From Takakia lepidozioides (taxonomy: Eukaryota; Plantae; Bryophyta): DNA of 64,000 nt. The translations under genes and the position numbers were made by a program. Where the stretch lies: NCBI GenBank assembly GCA_030704615.1, contig CM060734.1:14756001-14820000 (forward strand), given 5' to 3'. The notes beneath the pieces were generated by a model. It saw nothing but the letters and a program-made list of their open reading frames with translations, was not told the origin of the DNA and did no database searches. Positions 1 to 12,267 of the stretch are shown one piece after another. Numbering within the stretch: the first letter of the stretch is position 1; each line of letters starts with the position of its first letter.

Positions 1-297
1 TGTATTCTTGGCGTGCACACGGTGGGGAAGTCGGAACCCCCCGGTCAAAAGTCCATTGTGGTCAAGGTCCAAGATTCAGTCAACGCCGCGCGTGGCGACG
101 CCACGTGGCCACACCTTAAAAATTACCCTGCAGTCGGCGTCACGACTGACTGGAACGACTCCGACCACGTAATGACCGGAACGGCTGGGCTGTCCGATAG
201 GTCTTGTCCTTTCGGACTCGTAGTCGCCCAGTCATTTTTTGTCTGAAACGGGTTTCCAGTCGTTTTTTGAGTGTTATTTCGACGATTCCTTGTAGTG
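1..297. mobile_element. Right end of a CACTA (En/Spm) DNA transposon; rest lies left of the window
   Basis: Ends ...CCTTGTAGTG at 297 (reverse complement CACTACAAGG). Short CGAC/GTCG subterminal repeats precede it. The sequence immediately after (298-347) is LINE ORF1 DNA matching ~10226-10275. Confidence 0.75.
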
Positions 298-1904
298 TGT
301 TCCGCCATGCCATCTTTTCTTCCAGTCTCCAGAGATTGCTTCCTTCTCACTACAAGAGGAATTGGTTTTTGTCACAGCATAGGGGGGTCACACTTTGCAC
401 AATCCACGGATCATATGACACATGTGTGGACTAGAAAAAAGTGTGGCACAACCGGACCGGATGTGTCACACCTTGTCTGGCTTAAGTCACACCAAAATAG
501 TCAACGGTATGAAACCTAGGGTTGACCCCTATATATTTTCCGAGTTGGCACCCTGATAAAAAAAAACCAATGCCGCATGGCATGCCTTGATTCGTCCAGG
601 TTCTGAAATGTCTGACTCAGCGTCTTACTCCCAAAAGGGGATGCCTGACATGAGTTCCTGTGTGCGGTGTGCAGCCACTCTGGCGGACGTAGAGCATTGT
701 TCCAAGGGTTGCGGGGGCGTTCAACCAGGATGTAAGTATGATGAGAGGATGTGCTTGCATCATCTGCAGAAAGCTGCAAGAGTCTGGCATGTGTAGGTTT
801 GTCTTCGAGGTCTTTGAGTGGAAATTTTTCAACCGAATCACGCTTTCAAGAACTCTTGTATTTCGTGTGTGCAGTCTTGTACGTGTTTGATACCGGAGTG
901 CTAGGGTTTCTTGGTGGACAGCAGGTCATGCCGAGAGCGCCTATAGAGAGAGCGCCTATGGAGGGAATGGCACCTTTCAAGAGGAAGTGGAGAAATAAGG
1001 GTGCGACCCAGGGATATAGGAAGAAGATGAAGGTTCCGCAAGGAGGCCACGTTACAAGACCTTACGATCCTCCACGATTGCGGGACCTACAGCGCCAAAA
1101 CCGGTTGAAGACAAGGAAGTACTTTCCAAGAGGAGAAAGAGCGTCCTAAGAGCACCTTTCAATGACAGCCTCTTTCCTGATGAGAGTGCTGATGAGAGTG
1201 CGCCGATCCGGGGGTTTGGCGTCGCTTGTGTCTCCTGCTACTCCAGCTTTTCTTTCAACTCATGCATTTTCTGCTACACCTCATGATAGGGAGGGCCTTG
1301 TGGAGGAAGTGAAAGATTTCGGGGTTAATGGTTACGGCTCCATGACTGGTCTTATTCACCTTCGAATTAGATGACCTCCCCTTCATGAGACGTTGAAAGG
1401 AATCCTCGACAGCGTGTGGAAGTTCGCCTTGCAGAGCAGGAGAGTCACATAACATACTTGGAGGACGAGAATCTAACCTTGAAAGAGCGCATGTTCATGT
1501 TGCAACAGGAGCTTAATGAGCTGCAAAAAAGAGCAGATGGAGGCGGTGCACAGCGCTCATATTTTCCGAAATGGATTCAAGCCTAACGTTTTGCTGCACA
1601 ACACCCTTGTCAACGTGAGAAAAGACTCACCTTCCTCCCTGGTCGTTTTCAGAGACCACTCTACAATCTCCAGACTGCAAATTACATAAGTTGGGTTAGC
1701 ATCTATGTAAGTCTGGACATGTTCGTTGTTCATCATCGTGTAGAGCCCAATGGAACCCAAGACAACTTGCATGAATGTTGTTGAAAGCTCACTAGCACCC
1801 CTCGGCACCTTGTCAAAATGTTGATGATGTCGGATTTCCGAGCACAAACCTCGGAGCAGACCTCGGAGCACGGAGCAGACCTGGCATAAGTTTTTTAAAG
1901 CTCC

Positions 1905-4900
1905 TTCACGATGGTGGGACAACCGCGGAGTACGGAGCAGACCTGACATGAGTTTCTTAAAGATCCTTCACGATGGAGGGACAACCGCAATCGCAAGGTG
2001 TGGCTTTTTCTTAATGTACGAGGTGAAGAAGTTTGTCCATCCTGCAAATGTGGGCTCTTGGCTCCTGTTAGTACCATGATTTGGTATTCTTCCTGATGTT
2101 TACAAGGTTCTTGGGAGATTTAGCTTGGTCTTAGCAGGCCGTGTTCCAATCTCTGCCCGCTCAGCTGCACCGTGGTGGTTCTCATAGACCAATCCGACAT
2201 TACCTGACTACAGACACAAGCAGCACACACAAGAGGTCCTCTTGGGTTCATGGTCAGTCAAATCCTCCATGGGTTATGACACAAGGTGGACGACAATGTG
2301 GTGAGGGCACCTTCTTCTTCGACCTATTTCAGCCTGTTTTGCCCTCTCATCAGACTCGGCCCTGAATTTGCATATTGATTTCTGTAAGTTAGCTCGGTGG
2401 GTGGATCTGTGGTGGTTTGGAGTGACTTTGACAAGTTACAAAGAGAAGCAGATGCAATCCAGAATTGGAACTACTATAATAAGCAGGGTTGGGTGTTTCC
2501 TGGAAGAACTTAACGCCGTCAGTGTCAACTGCTAGCAGCAAGTATTCATGATTTGTACATAGGCAGGGATAGCTGAAGGACCAGGGATAGAGGTCCAGAT
2601 TCATCCAAGAGGGCCGGATTTCAAACACAAGATTCCCTGTGGATCAATAGCTACAAGAAATCTGCTAATGAGAAGAATATGGTCTGCTAATGAAAGCACC
2701 TTCTTCAACACACTTCACCCTGTTTTTCCCTCTTATCAGAATCGACCCTAAATTTTCATGTTGAATTCTGCAAGTTAGCTGGTTGAGTGAACCTGGGATA
2801 GTTTGGAGTGACTTTGACATGATACTGCCAATGTGACAACAGGAAAGATCCAAAAAGAGGTAACAGAGATGAGGAGAAGCTGTGGAATGAATACTTTTCT
2901 GACCCCAGTCAATGGTGGGACAACCGAGGCAAAAGGTGAATGCTGGTCACATTACCAGATGTCATTCTGAACACTGCCCCTACCCTGGTGGACATGTATG
3001 CCAAATGTGGGTGCATTGAGGATGCCAAGGGAGTGTCCAACACTATGGCTGAACGAGATGTGGTGTCATGGAGTGCGATGCTTGCAGGGTATGCACAACA
3101 GGGGTGCGGGATGGAGGCTCCAACCTATGAGCAAATGTTGGGGGAAGGGGTGTCGAAGGCCGCCGACATAACGTTTGTGTGTGTTTGCAGTGCGTCTGAC
3201 AGCCCTGGAAAAGTGTAAAGAGATGCCTGGTGACATCATCAAATCTGCAATTGTACCAGATGTCATCCTGAACACTGCTCTGGTGGACATGTATGCCAAA
3301 TGTGGGAGCATTGAGGATGCCAAGGGAGTGGTCAACACTATGGCTGAACGAGATGTGGTGTCGTGGAATGCGATGCTTGCAGGGTGTGCAGAGCAGGGGC
3401 GCAGGATGGGGCTTTGGAGACCTATGAGCAAATGATGGGGGAAGGCGTGAAGCTCGACCACATCATGTTTGTGTGCGTTTGCAGTGCGTGTGCAAGCCTG
3501 GCAGCCCTGGAAAGGGCAAAGAGGTGCATGGTTGCATCACCAAAGCTGGAATTGTACCAGATGTGATTCTGAACGACATGTATGCCAAATGTGGGAGCAT
3601 TGAGGATGCGGAGGGAGTGTTCAACACTATGGCTGAACAAGATGTGGTGTCGTGGAACGCGATGCTTGCATGATGTGCACAGCAGGGGCGCGGGATGGAG
3701 GCTTTGGAGACCTGAATCCTACATGGGTCATGACAGAAGTCAAGGACAATGTGGTGAGGGCACCTTCTTCTTCAACCTATTTCAGTCTGTTTTTTGCAGC
3801 AGCAGTGGCACAATCGATAACATCAGGCACTGCTAATGAATGAACCTTCTTCAACACATTTCCCCCTGTTTTTCCCTCTTATCATAATCGGCCCTAAATT
3901 TCCATTTTGGATTCTGCAAGTTAGCTGGTTGAGTGAATCCAGTTTGGAGTGACTTTGACATGATACTGGCAATGTGACAAGGATATGCATTGAACTCATT
4001 GGTAGTGAGATATTGGGATATCTGATGTGATTCTGAATGTTGCTGTAGTGGACATATATGCCAAGTTTGGGTACAACTACAAGGATACAAATGGCATGTT
4101 TGATAATATGGCTGAATGAGATGTGGTATTAGCCTAGCCCATAATTGCACTTAAGTAGAGTAGGCAATGAGTGAAGACGGGGTTCGTGGTAACATCGTCC
4201 AAGCTGGAATTGAACTGATGTCGTTCTGAACTATGCCCTTGTGGACTTGTATGCCAAATGTGGGTGCATGGAGGAGGATGATGATCCCAGGATATGCACA
4301 ACAGCAGCGCGGGATGGAGGCCCTTTGGAGACCTATGAGCAACTGGTGTGGGAAGGGGTACTGCAGCGCAACCACATCGTCCTGCAAGCTGGAATTGTAC
4401 TAGATGTCGATCTGAACTATGCCCTTGTGCACTTGTATGCCAAACGTGTGTGCATGGAGGATGATGATCCCATGATATGCCCAACAGCCCTGCAAAAGGG
4501 CAAAGAGGTTCGTGGTGACATCATCCAAGCTGGAATTGTACTAGATGTTGTTCTGAACTATGCCTCGTGGACTTGTATGCTAAGTGTGGATGCATGGACT
4601 AGTGTGATAAGTTGAGTTGGTGTTTCCTAGAACAAATCTAGGCTGTCATTGTCAGCTACTAGCAGCAAGGCATTAAGGATGTATGCATGATTTGTGCAGA
4701 GGCATGGATAGCTGAAGGAGCAGGGATAGAGTGTGGGTCCAGATTCATCCAAGGGGGCCGGATTTCAAGCTCCAGATTACCTATGATTCCCTGTGGAAGG
4801 ATAGCTACAAGAAACCTGCAAGGGTAGATGGTCAACTGGAAGCCGCAGCAGCAGCGGCACAATTGATAAAATCAGGCACTGCTAATGAAGGCACCTTCTT

Positions 4901-5352
4901 CAACACATTTCACCCTGTTTTCCCCTCTTATCAGAATCGGCCCTATAATATTTTACACGTTGAATTTTGCAAGTTGAGTGAACCTTTGGTACTGCCAAAG
5001 TGACAACAGAAAAGTATCCAAAACCACGCAACGTGGATGAGGAGAAGCTGTGGAATGAATACTTTTCTGACCCCAGTCAATGGTGGGACAACCGAGGCAA
5101 AAAGGTGAATGCATGTTAGATTCCAGAGAGCAGCAGACGCAATTCAGCATAGGAACTAGTGTGATAAGCTGAGTTGGGTGTTTCCTAGAACAGATCTAGG
5201 CTGTCATTGTCAGCTGCTAGCAGCAAGGCAAGGATGAATGTATGATATGTGCATAGGCATGGATAGCTGAAGGAGCAGGGATAGAGCGTGGGTGCAGATT
5301 CATCAAGAGGGCCAGATTTCAAGCACAAGATTACCTATGATTCCTTGTGGCA
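1905..5352 (+). pseudogene. Repeated fragments of an OSB-type PDF-motif (organellar ssDNA-binding) gene
   Basis: LWNEYFSDPSQWWDNRGK at ~2880-2935 and ~5048-5105; WWDNR at ~1913; IHPRGPDFKHK / PDFKLQITYDSLW / PDFKHKITYDSLW at ~2600, ~4743, ~5300; WVHGQSNPPWV at ~2243. An AAG|GTGAAT donor (~5106) and a GCAG|ATTCAT acceptor (~5298) would splice WWDNRGKK to the PDFKHK half. Confidence 0.7.
2940..4600 (+). pseudogene. Frameshifted PLS-class pentatricopeptide repeat (PPR) fragments
   Basis: Repeated TALVDMYAKCGSIEDA...MAERDVVSWNAMLAG, ITFVCVCSAC and GKEVHGCITKAGIVPDV motifs in shifting frames (ORFs 2940, 3175, 3363, 3473, 4241); many indels; no E/DYW domain seen. Confidence 0.9.
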
Positions 5353-5914
5353 ATAGCTTTATGGTAGTGTGCAGTGGACTACGCTTTGAACCCTAGTTTT
5401 CATATTGTGTTTGTCCTAGCACTTGCGTGATGGCTGCTAAGGTGCCCCTCTTCCACAGTACTGGACAGCCCTTCAGTTTTTGTTTTTGTGCTTGTCCTTT
5501 AGGACATTGGTAGAACTGCTGCTCAGTTCCTGGCATAGCGGTCTTGGAGTTTTGTGTTGGAGCATCTGAAGTGCCGAAGTTATAGCTCGGTTTTTTGTTG
5601 TTCAGCTTGCCAGGTTCGGAATATGTAGAGTAGTGCAGCATGTCACGGGTCCGGTGAGTAGTTTTGACGCAGCTGCAACGTCTCCAAATGCTGGAAATGT
5701 ATCTTCATGCAGGCGGACCATATGGCAGACCTTTATATGAACATTTCAATGAAGCGTCATTTCGGAAACCGTTTGGTAGCAAGTAGATGTATGCGCAATG
5801 ATGCATGCCTTAGCCATGCTGCTGCTTGTTTGTGTGCAGGGTCTGTATACTGATATACTGATTTTCTGTAGTATGTGTAGTGTGTACGTATGTATGGAAT
5901 TTTAGAATTTTAGA

Positions 5915-6190
5915 ACACGTGTCATTGCGTTCTTACTCCACGTGGCTCCCGCAACCATGTTAAACTTCTCCACGTGTCATCCCCCAATATGCCACGTGCC
6001 CCCCTGGGCCATGTCCAAAATTGCCACGTGTCACTGCTACATTGTTCCACGTCGCGGCGACAGGCGCGATCCGAGGCTGCCACGTGCCGTCTCCTCCCCG
6101 TGGCGCGTAGCGTGTCCACGTGGCACGCCCTGTGCGCATGTCCACGTGGTATGACACGATGGCATGCCCAGGTGGCCAGCCACGGCCACC
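5915..6190. repeat. Dense CCACGTG (G-box/ABRE-like) cluster in the CACTA right subterminal region
   Basis: About 8 CACGTG hexamers plus near-matches, mostly as CCACGTGG/GCCACGTGTC, in about 270 bp. Confidence 0.75.
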
Positions 6191-6368
6191 ATTGTCCATG
6201 TCAGCTGTGGATAAAGTGTGGCATGGTCGTTTCCACACAGCCACCGTTTGCAACACCTGTCCGAAACAACTAGTCTGTTTACACACTGGGGGAAAGTGTG
6301 GACCCCGTCTGATATAACAGTAAAAAGAGTGAATTAGGCCCTGGAAAAAACCAATTTGTGTTGTAGTG

Positions 6369-8400
6369 TCTTTTGGAAGTTTGGCCCCTATGACGTGCGT
6401 CTGTATCTGCTCCATGGGTTTCCTCATCCACAAGACCAGGGGCAGCCTCCTTTAGCGTAGAATCTTCTCTATCATTTAGGGAAGGAGGATAATTGGAAGT
6501 GTTGGAGACATTTTGCGTGCTGAACTTTGGGAAGTTAGCTCTGATATGCCCCTCTCTGTTACAGGCAAAGCAAATCGTGGAGATCAGCTCTTTTTTGATA
6601 ATGATGAAACCCTGTAAGACTTTATTTACAACATGTACAATGGGTGAACGTGCATATGATAGAGACGCTGACGAAGAAATCGTCAAGAGTGGGGAATTTG
6701 ATCGACGAACAAATTGGAGCCGACTTAGGCATGAGCACTATCAATTTTGGAATTCCATTGTCCTTCGCAAGATCAAAATGCGCTGAGTCAGTGTCAATAC
6801 TTTTGGTATTGTCTTGTATGGGTTCAAACACATTCAAAGCGCCAATGAAAGTACCAAAACTGTTCCCGATTTCAGGAAGAGATGTGAGGTACGTTGCAGG
6901 GAGGAAGGGTATTGCGATTACCCTGGGCTTCCACATTACACCCTGTTTGTGACCCCAGTCTTGGGTCCAAGGAAACAAGAAGACTTTTGCTGATGATAGC
7001 TGGGTGTTGAATCTCAAAGTCGAGTCCGCTTCTGCAGGTGAGGAGAATAGAGCTAGGTAGAAGCCTCTACCCATGGAGTGACAAAAATGTTGAACCAGCC
7101 CTCCGTCTGCTCCCAAGTGCTCGACTATCCATCTGTGGACCCAGAGCCTCGGTCTCAGTTTGTCAGGAAAATAGAGGAGGATTCCTCGCTGGGACAGCTT
7201 TTGAGCTTGCGACTTGAGTTTCTCTTTGTCAAGAGACAGCACTGGCTGTTCGGGAGCCTGGGGGGGGATTGATTCTTCCCAGAGTCCTTCATCCGGCAGA
7301 GGCGACTGTGTGATTGCCAAGGAGGCCGGACCTTTGCCTAAGATGGAGTCTCCCGAGCCATTCGAGGTGGAGTAGTTTTGAATGATCCATTTCTTCTTTC
7401 CACCCAGCGGTTGCAAGCGCCGAGCCAGTACGCATTGCGGAGGATTCCCTTCTTACTTGTGGTTCCTCGAGCATTCATGTTGGAAACCTCAAGAAAATAC
7501 CTGTGGCAAGCAAGGCCCACCCTTCTCACCACTCACCGTCCCCCAACAATCTGTAATGAGAGCTCAATACCAGCTAAGTAGCAAATGCAGGGCAGGCCGG
7601 ACAACAAATCACATCTACAAGACGAAGAAACGGCAGACAAAGATAAACTGGCTGCTTCTGAGAATTAGAGAATGTCAGGAACAGCAGGAAGAAGATGCAA
7701 TTGGATAGGGAGGAGAAATAATTGAACAGCTTGCGAAGCTGAGAAGGGGAGCCGATCAGCGGGGGGAGGTAGGAGCATGCCACGAAGAGATGCTCAAAAG
7801 CAGATGGAGGCAGGGGTTACTGAATACTTCCCTGACCAGAACACCCGCAATGGAGGGGAGGCACATTATGTGAGAGTCCGAAGATAACCATGCCAACATT
7901 GCTCTCATCAACCCCGCATGCTTTCACGATTAGCGAGGTGGGGGGATTGCACCAATGAGCTGGGGGCTCCAGATAGCGAGATACTGCTCATTACATTGCC
8001 AGGGAAAGGCGGCTCTGCAGGCAGAGAAGGCGGCACTGCAGGCATAGAATGCAGCTTGTTGTCTGAGGCATGGGGAGCGCGCAGCAGCGCCTCAAAGACG
8101 GCTCATAAATGGAGGAGTGGAGTGGGAGATTGATGTGGTGGGAAGGCAGGTGTGGGGGGAAGGAAGTAAGCAGTGAGTAGTAGTAGGAATGAAGCAAAAA
8201 TCTGTTAGATCGACAGACAGAGGTGTGGATTAGGGTCAGGCCATAGAGTCGGCCCAGCTGTCTGTAGGAGTTACTGAAAGCTTCACTTGGCTTCAATACA
8301 CTCATGATCAGCTGAGTGGGTCCAGGACGGACGCGTGGGGGAGAAGATTCTAAGTCCCTCGTCTCTCTCCCTCTCACCGCGAAATGCTTCCGTCCCTCCC
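6369..8400 (-). mobile_element. L1-type LINE 5' region (5'UTR + ORF1), copy A; continues at 298-347 beyond the CACTA insertion
   Basis: ORF 6622-7416 has a DUF4283/RRM-like pattern (MGRGFYLALFSS...VFLFPW...IGNSFGTFI). ORF 6279-6686 has a degenerate CCHC knuckle CFACNREGHIRANF. Confidence 0.75.
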
Positions 8401-8773
8401 ACCTTTTCAATTTTAAAATCATATTTTTGAGATCTCCAAAATCGCAAGGCCTCAGCCCCGGTTCTTAACCTTAAGTGCCCACTAGGCCTGTTTTGGGCCT
8501 CTCTTTTTTGTTTTTTGGATTTAGATTTGAGTCAATGGTCCCCAATTTTTGGCCTGCAGATGCCATCCACTTGGCGGACAGGAATCCAATGAACGATTGA
8601 TCAGATTTTTTGGTTAGGGTTTTGATTTTTGGTGCCCAAAACATAAACTTCCTAAACAAACGCATAAACTACGCCCCTCTCATCCTAGCAAACATAAACA
8701 TCCTAAACAAACGGCTAGTCGCGTAATGGCTCCATCCTAATTACAAAACGATCAAGCAAGTTGATGACTAATT

Positions 8774-10327
8774 TGGGAGGGACGGAGCGCGATGTCGCGC
8801 TCCGCATTTTGCGGTGAGAGGGAGAGAGACGAGGGACTTAGAATTTTCCCCAAGCTCTCCCCCACGCGTCCGTCCTTGACCCACTCAGCTGATCTTGAGT
8901 GTATTGAAGCCGAGTGAAGCTTTCAATAACTCCTACAGACAGTTGGGCCGACTCTATGGCCTGACCCTAATCCACACCTTTGTCTGTCGATCTAACAGAT
9001 TTTTGCTTCATTCCTACTACTACTCCCTGCTTCCTTCCTTCCCCTCACATCTGGCTTCCCACCACTTCTATCCTCATCAATCTCCCACTCCACTCCTCCA
9101 TTTATGTGTCGTCTCGGAGGCGCTGTTGCGCGCTCCCCACGCCTCAGACAACAAGCTGCATTCTATGCCTGCAGTGCCGCCTTTCCCTGGCAATGTAATG
9201 AGCAGTATCTCGCCATTTGGAGCCCCTAGCTCATTGCTGCAATCCCCCCACCTCGCTAATCATGAAAGCATGTGGGGTTGATGAGAGCAATGTCGGCATG
9301 GTTATCTTCAGACTCTCACATAATGTGCCTCCCCTCCATTGCAGGCATTCTGGTCAGGGAAGGTGGGCCTTGCTTGCCACATTTTCTTGAGGTTTCCAAC
9401 ATGAATGCTCGCGGAGGAACCACAAGTAAGAAGGGAATCCGTGGTGGCTCCGCAATGCAAACTAGCTCGGCGCTTGCAACCTCTGGGTGGAAAGAAGAAA
9501 TGGATCATTCAAAACTATTCCACCTCAAATGGCTCGGGAGACTCCATCTTAGGCAAGGGTACGGCCTTCTTGGTAATCACACAGTCGCCTCTGCCGGATG
9601 AAGGACTCTAGGAAGACTCAATCCCCCCCCCCCCCAAGGCTCCTGAACAGCCAGTGCTGTCTCTCGACAAAGAGAAACTCAAGTCGCAAGCTCAAAAGTT
9701 GTCCCAGTGAGGAATCCTCCTCTATTTTCCTAACAAACTGAGACCGAGGCTCTGGGTCCGCAGATGGATAGTCGAGCACTGAGGAGCAGACAGAGGGCTG
9801 GCTCAACATTTTTGTCTCTCCATGGGTAGAGGATTTTACCTAGCTTTATTTTCCTCACCTGCAGAAGCGGACTCGGCTTTGAGATTCAACACCCAGCTAT
9901 CATCAGCAAAAGTCTTATTGTTTCCTTGGACCCAAGATTGGGGTCACAAACAGGGTGTAATGTGGAAGCCCAGGGTAATCGCAATACCCTTCCTCCCTGC
10001 AACGTACCTCACATCTTTTCCTGAAATCCGCTTTGTCTCTGGCGTAAGCAGACCCCGGAGCCCATCCCGTAAGAGGTCTGTTGGTGAAAGAGTGCATTTC
10101 CAGGAATGAAATAGCCAAACTGGTGCTATCCAGAAGCTGCAGTTCTTCTTCCGAAAAGGAGAAGGAAGCCCAGGCCTCCTTGATTGTGACTAGAACGAGA
10201 TCGTATCGTCGATTTGGATGAATCCGTTACGCCATGCCATCTTTCTTTCAGTCTCCAGAGATCGCTTCTTTTTTTTGGAAGTTTGGCCCCTCTGAAGTGC
10301 GTCTGTATCTGCTCCATGGGTTTCCTC
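8774..10327 (+). mobile_element. L1-type LINE 5' region, copy B (inverted relative to copy A); its last ~300 bp (10028-10327) are flipped
   Basis: 8805-10027 is the reverse complement of ~8390-6868 with internal deletions (same peptides SVLKPSEAF, QPLGGKKKWIIQNY, MGRGFYLALFSS). 10028-10327 is a downstream ORF1 part on the minus strand (EQIQTHFRGAKLPK). Confidence 0.8.
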
Positions 10328-10358
10328 CAGGGATGCTAAATAGTGAGCGGTGAGCGGT
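10328..10358. mobile_element. Possible hAT-like terminus
   Basis: CAGGGATGCTAAATAGTGAGCGGTGAGCGG starts exactly where LINE similarity stops and resembles the Ac TIR CAGGGATGAAA. No partner end found. Confidence 0.35.
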
Positions 10359-11098
10359 GAAGTTCCAGCATCCGGGTGTTATTTCATATTTTGCAGTGAA
10401 TGCACGTGAGGTAGAGGGTTACACTCGCTGGTGGAATGGGGGGACAATACGTGACATGATGAACCTTGACAGAAAATGGGGCAACGATTGGGACAACAGG
10501 GTGATTTTGGAAAAAAAAAAAAAAACGGAAGCAGAGTTCCAGGAATGCGATCGCTTGCTTCATTTCCGGAAAGTACGCAGTAAACTTGCATGGGCGCTGG
10601 TGTGCATCATGGATGTTGTCCATAAGAATGGTGTCATGCACAACGACTTGTCCCCCAACAACATCTTGTTGCATTTTCCAGATGGCACCAAGGAGATCAA
10701 GATTGGGGTGTGTGATTGGAGCTTAGCCACCCCATTGGACATACGCAAAGCCTCGCCGTACCAGTTTGAAAACCAAGATAAGCTGGACCGGGAACTCGCA
10801 AAAAGATGGTGGGTGGAAAAAGATATTGCATCGGTTTTTAATGCGAATGCCCTCCCCCCCAGGATATGACGTCGGAGGCCTTTGTCGTTGGGAAGATAGC
10901 GGTACGAAAAATGGTGACGCTCATTATGATCAAAGTATGTTCGAGGACCAATTTACGGAATGTTGTTGGGATTCAATGCTACAAAGGTTGTACGACAACA
11001 CCCAAAAAAAAAAAGTCACATTAGCACAGGTAGTATGTCGGTTCATGGGCAAGCCATTCAATAGGCCTGAGCCCAAAGACGTATATAGGACAGAGTAG
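10357..11098 (+). pseudogene. Intronless, N-truncated protein kinase-like ORF, frameshifted near the C-run at ~10852-10860
   Basis: HPGVI (subdomain IV-like), catalytic loop HNDLSPNNILLH, IGVCDWSLA (DFG position). No Gly-loop or VAIK. C-lobe apparently continues in the frame of ORF 10766-11098. Confidence 0.75.
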
Positions 11099-11261
11099 AC
11101 CATAGTCTCATAGATATGAGATTTGCAGCGGTACAATGGTTCATTTGTAAAGACAGAACTCAATTTTGATCGTGCATGTAATAAAAAAAAATCCCATTAT
11201 AAATATTACATTGCATATGCTCGACCCTGGCATCTGTCATCGCAACATAAATGGTTTGTGT

Positions 11262-11656
11262 ATTGTCTCACTGTTTATATTTGTAATGTTCCAATGTTTC
11301 TGATAGGAATATGAGAAAACGATGTATTAGTTCCGTACGAGTTAAACAACTAACGTCCCACATCTCATTCAGATGTGCGACACTACCATGAGAGGCATGA
11401 GTCTGTAAATAACATATGCACATGCGACCTCCGAAGTCCGAACGTTCGATACTAGGTCCAGCGAATGGTTTACTAGAACGTCCGGAGGTCGCATATACAC
11501 CTGTTACTTATAGACTCATGCCTCTTATGGTAGTGTCGCACATGAGAATGAGATATGGAACGTAAGTTGTTTAACTCCTACGGAACCAATACATCGTTTT
11601 TCTCAAAATCTTATCAGAAACGTTGGAACATTGGAACATACAAACAGTGACGTAGT
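11262..11656. repeat. Long foldback inverted repeat (~170 bp arms, ~50 bp loop)
   Basis: Left arm ...GAGAAAACGATGTATTAGTTCCGTA...GCGACACTACCATGAGAGGCATGAGTCT...GCGACCTCCG pairs with right arm CGGAGGTCGC...AGACTCATGCCTCTTATGGTAGTGTCGC...TACGGAACCAATACATCGTTTTTCTC. Confidence 0.9.
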
Positions 11657-11887
11657 ACACGCCCGGTTTTATTGAAATGACAACTGTGAGGTTTGAGCGT
11701 ATGCAATTTATTATTTACAACGGAACTTTATTTACTGGGGGGACCGGTACTGCTGCTGGAGCGCAAGTTGCAATTGATGGTGCGAGTTATCTATTGATTG
11801 GAGCTGTCACAACCAATGTCAACAATCATATTTACGATAAGGTGTTTGATGTTATTGTTGTTCCTCTAGTTGAATTCTGTAGTACTC

Positions 11888-12102
11888 TTTTTGCTAGTCC
11901 CATGCCAACAACATCAGGTCCTCTGAGACTGTCATGTTCAAACGAACGTATCAGCCACCCCGGCCAGCCACGGCCCACCATAAATAGAATGAATTGGAGA
12001 TTTGGTGCTCAGTTCCTGGTTTCATGTCCATGGTGGCTGATACAGAATTCGGAATATGGCAGTCCCAGTGGACCTGATGTTGTTGGCATGGGAATAGCAA
12101 AA
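11888..12102. repeat. Inverted repeat (~70 bp arms)
   Basis: TTTTGCTAGTCCCATGCCAACAACATCAGGTCC...GTATCAGCCACC pairs with GGTGGCTGATAC...GGACCTGATGTTGTTGGCATGGGAATAGCAAAA. Confidence 0.85.
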
Positions 12103-12267
12103 CGATTCCTAAAAAAATCAACTTCATGAACATCGGCAGTATGAAACATCTTGCAGTACATATGATTCTTGATATTGTTTGCAAGGATTATTTGTGTTTG
12201 TACGGATTATTTGTGTTTGTGCCTTCAAGTGGCGAACATTTCCGCCATAGTGCCGAAGAGGCGCATT

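Larger units (their letters stand above)
348..6368. mobile_element. Non-autonomous Pack-CACTA element carrying captured gene fragments
   Basis: Left TIR CACTACAAGAGGAATTGGTTTTT at 348. Right TIR reverse complement CACTACAACACAAATTGGTTTTT ends at 6368. 3-bp TSD TCT (345-347, 6369-6371). Removing it rejoins LINE ORF1 sequence that is contiguous at 10230-10327. No transposase motifs recognised inside. Confidence 0.9.
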
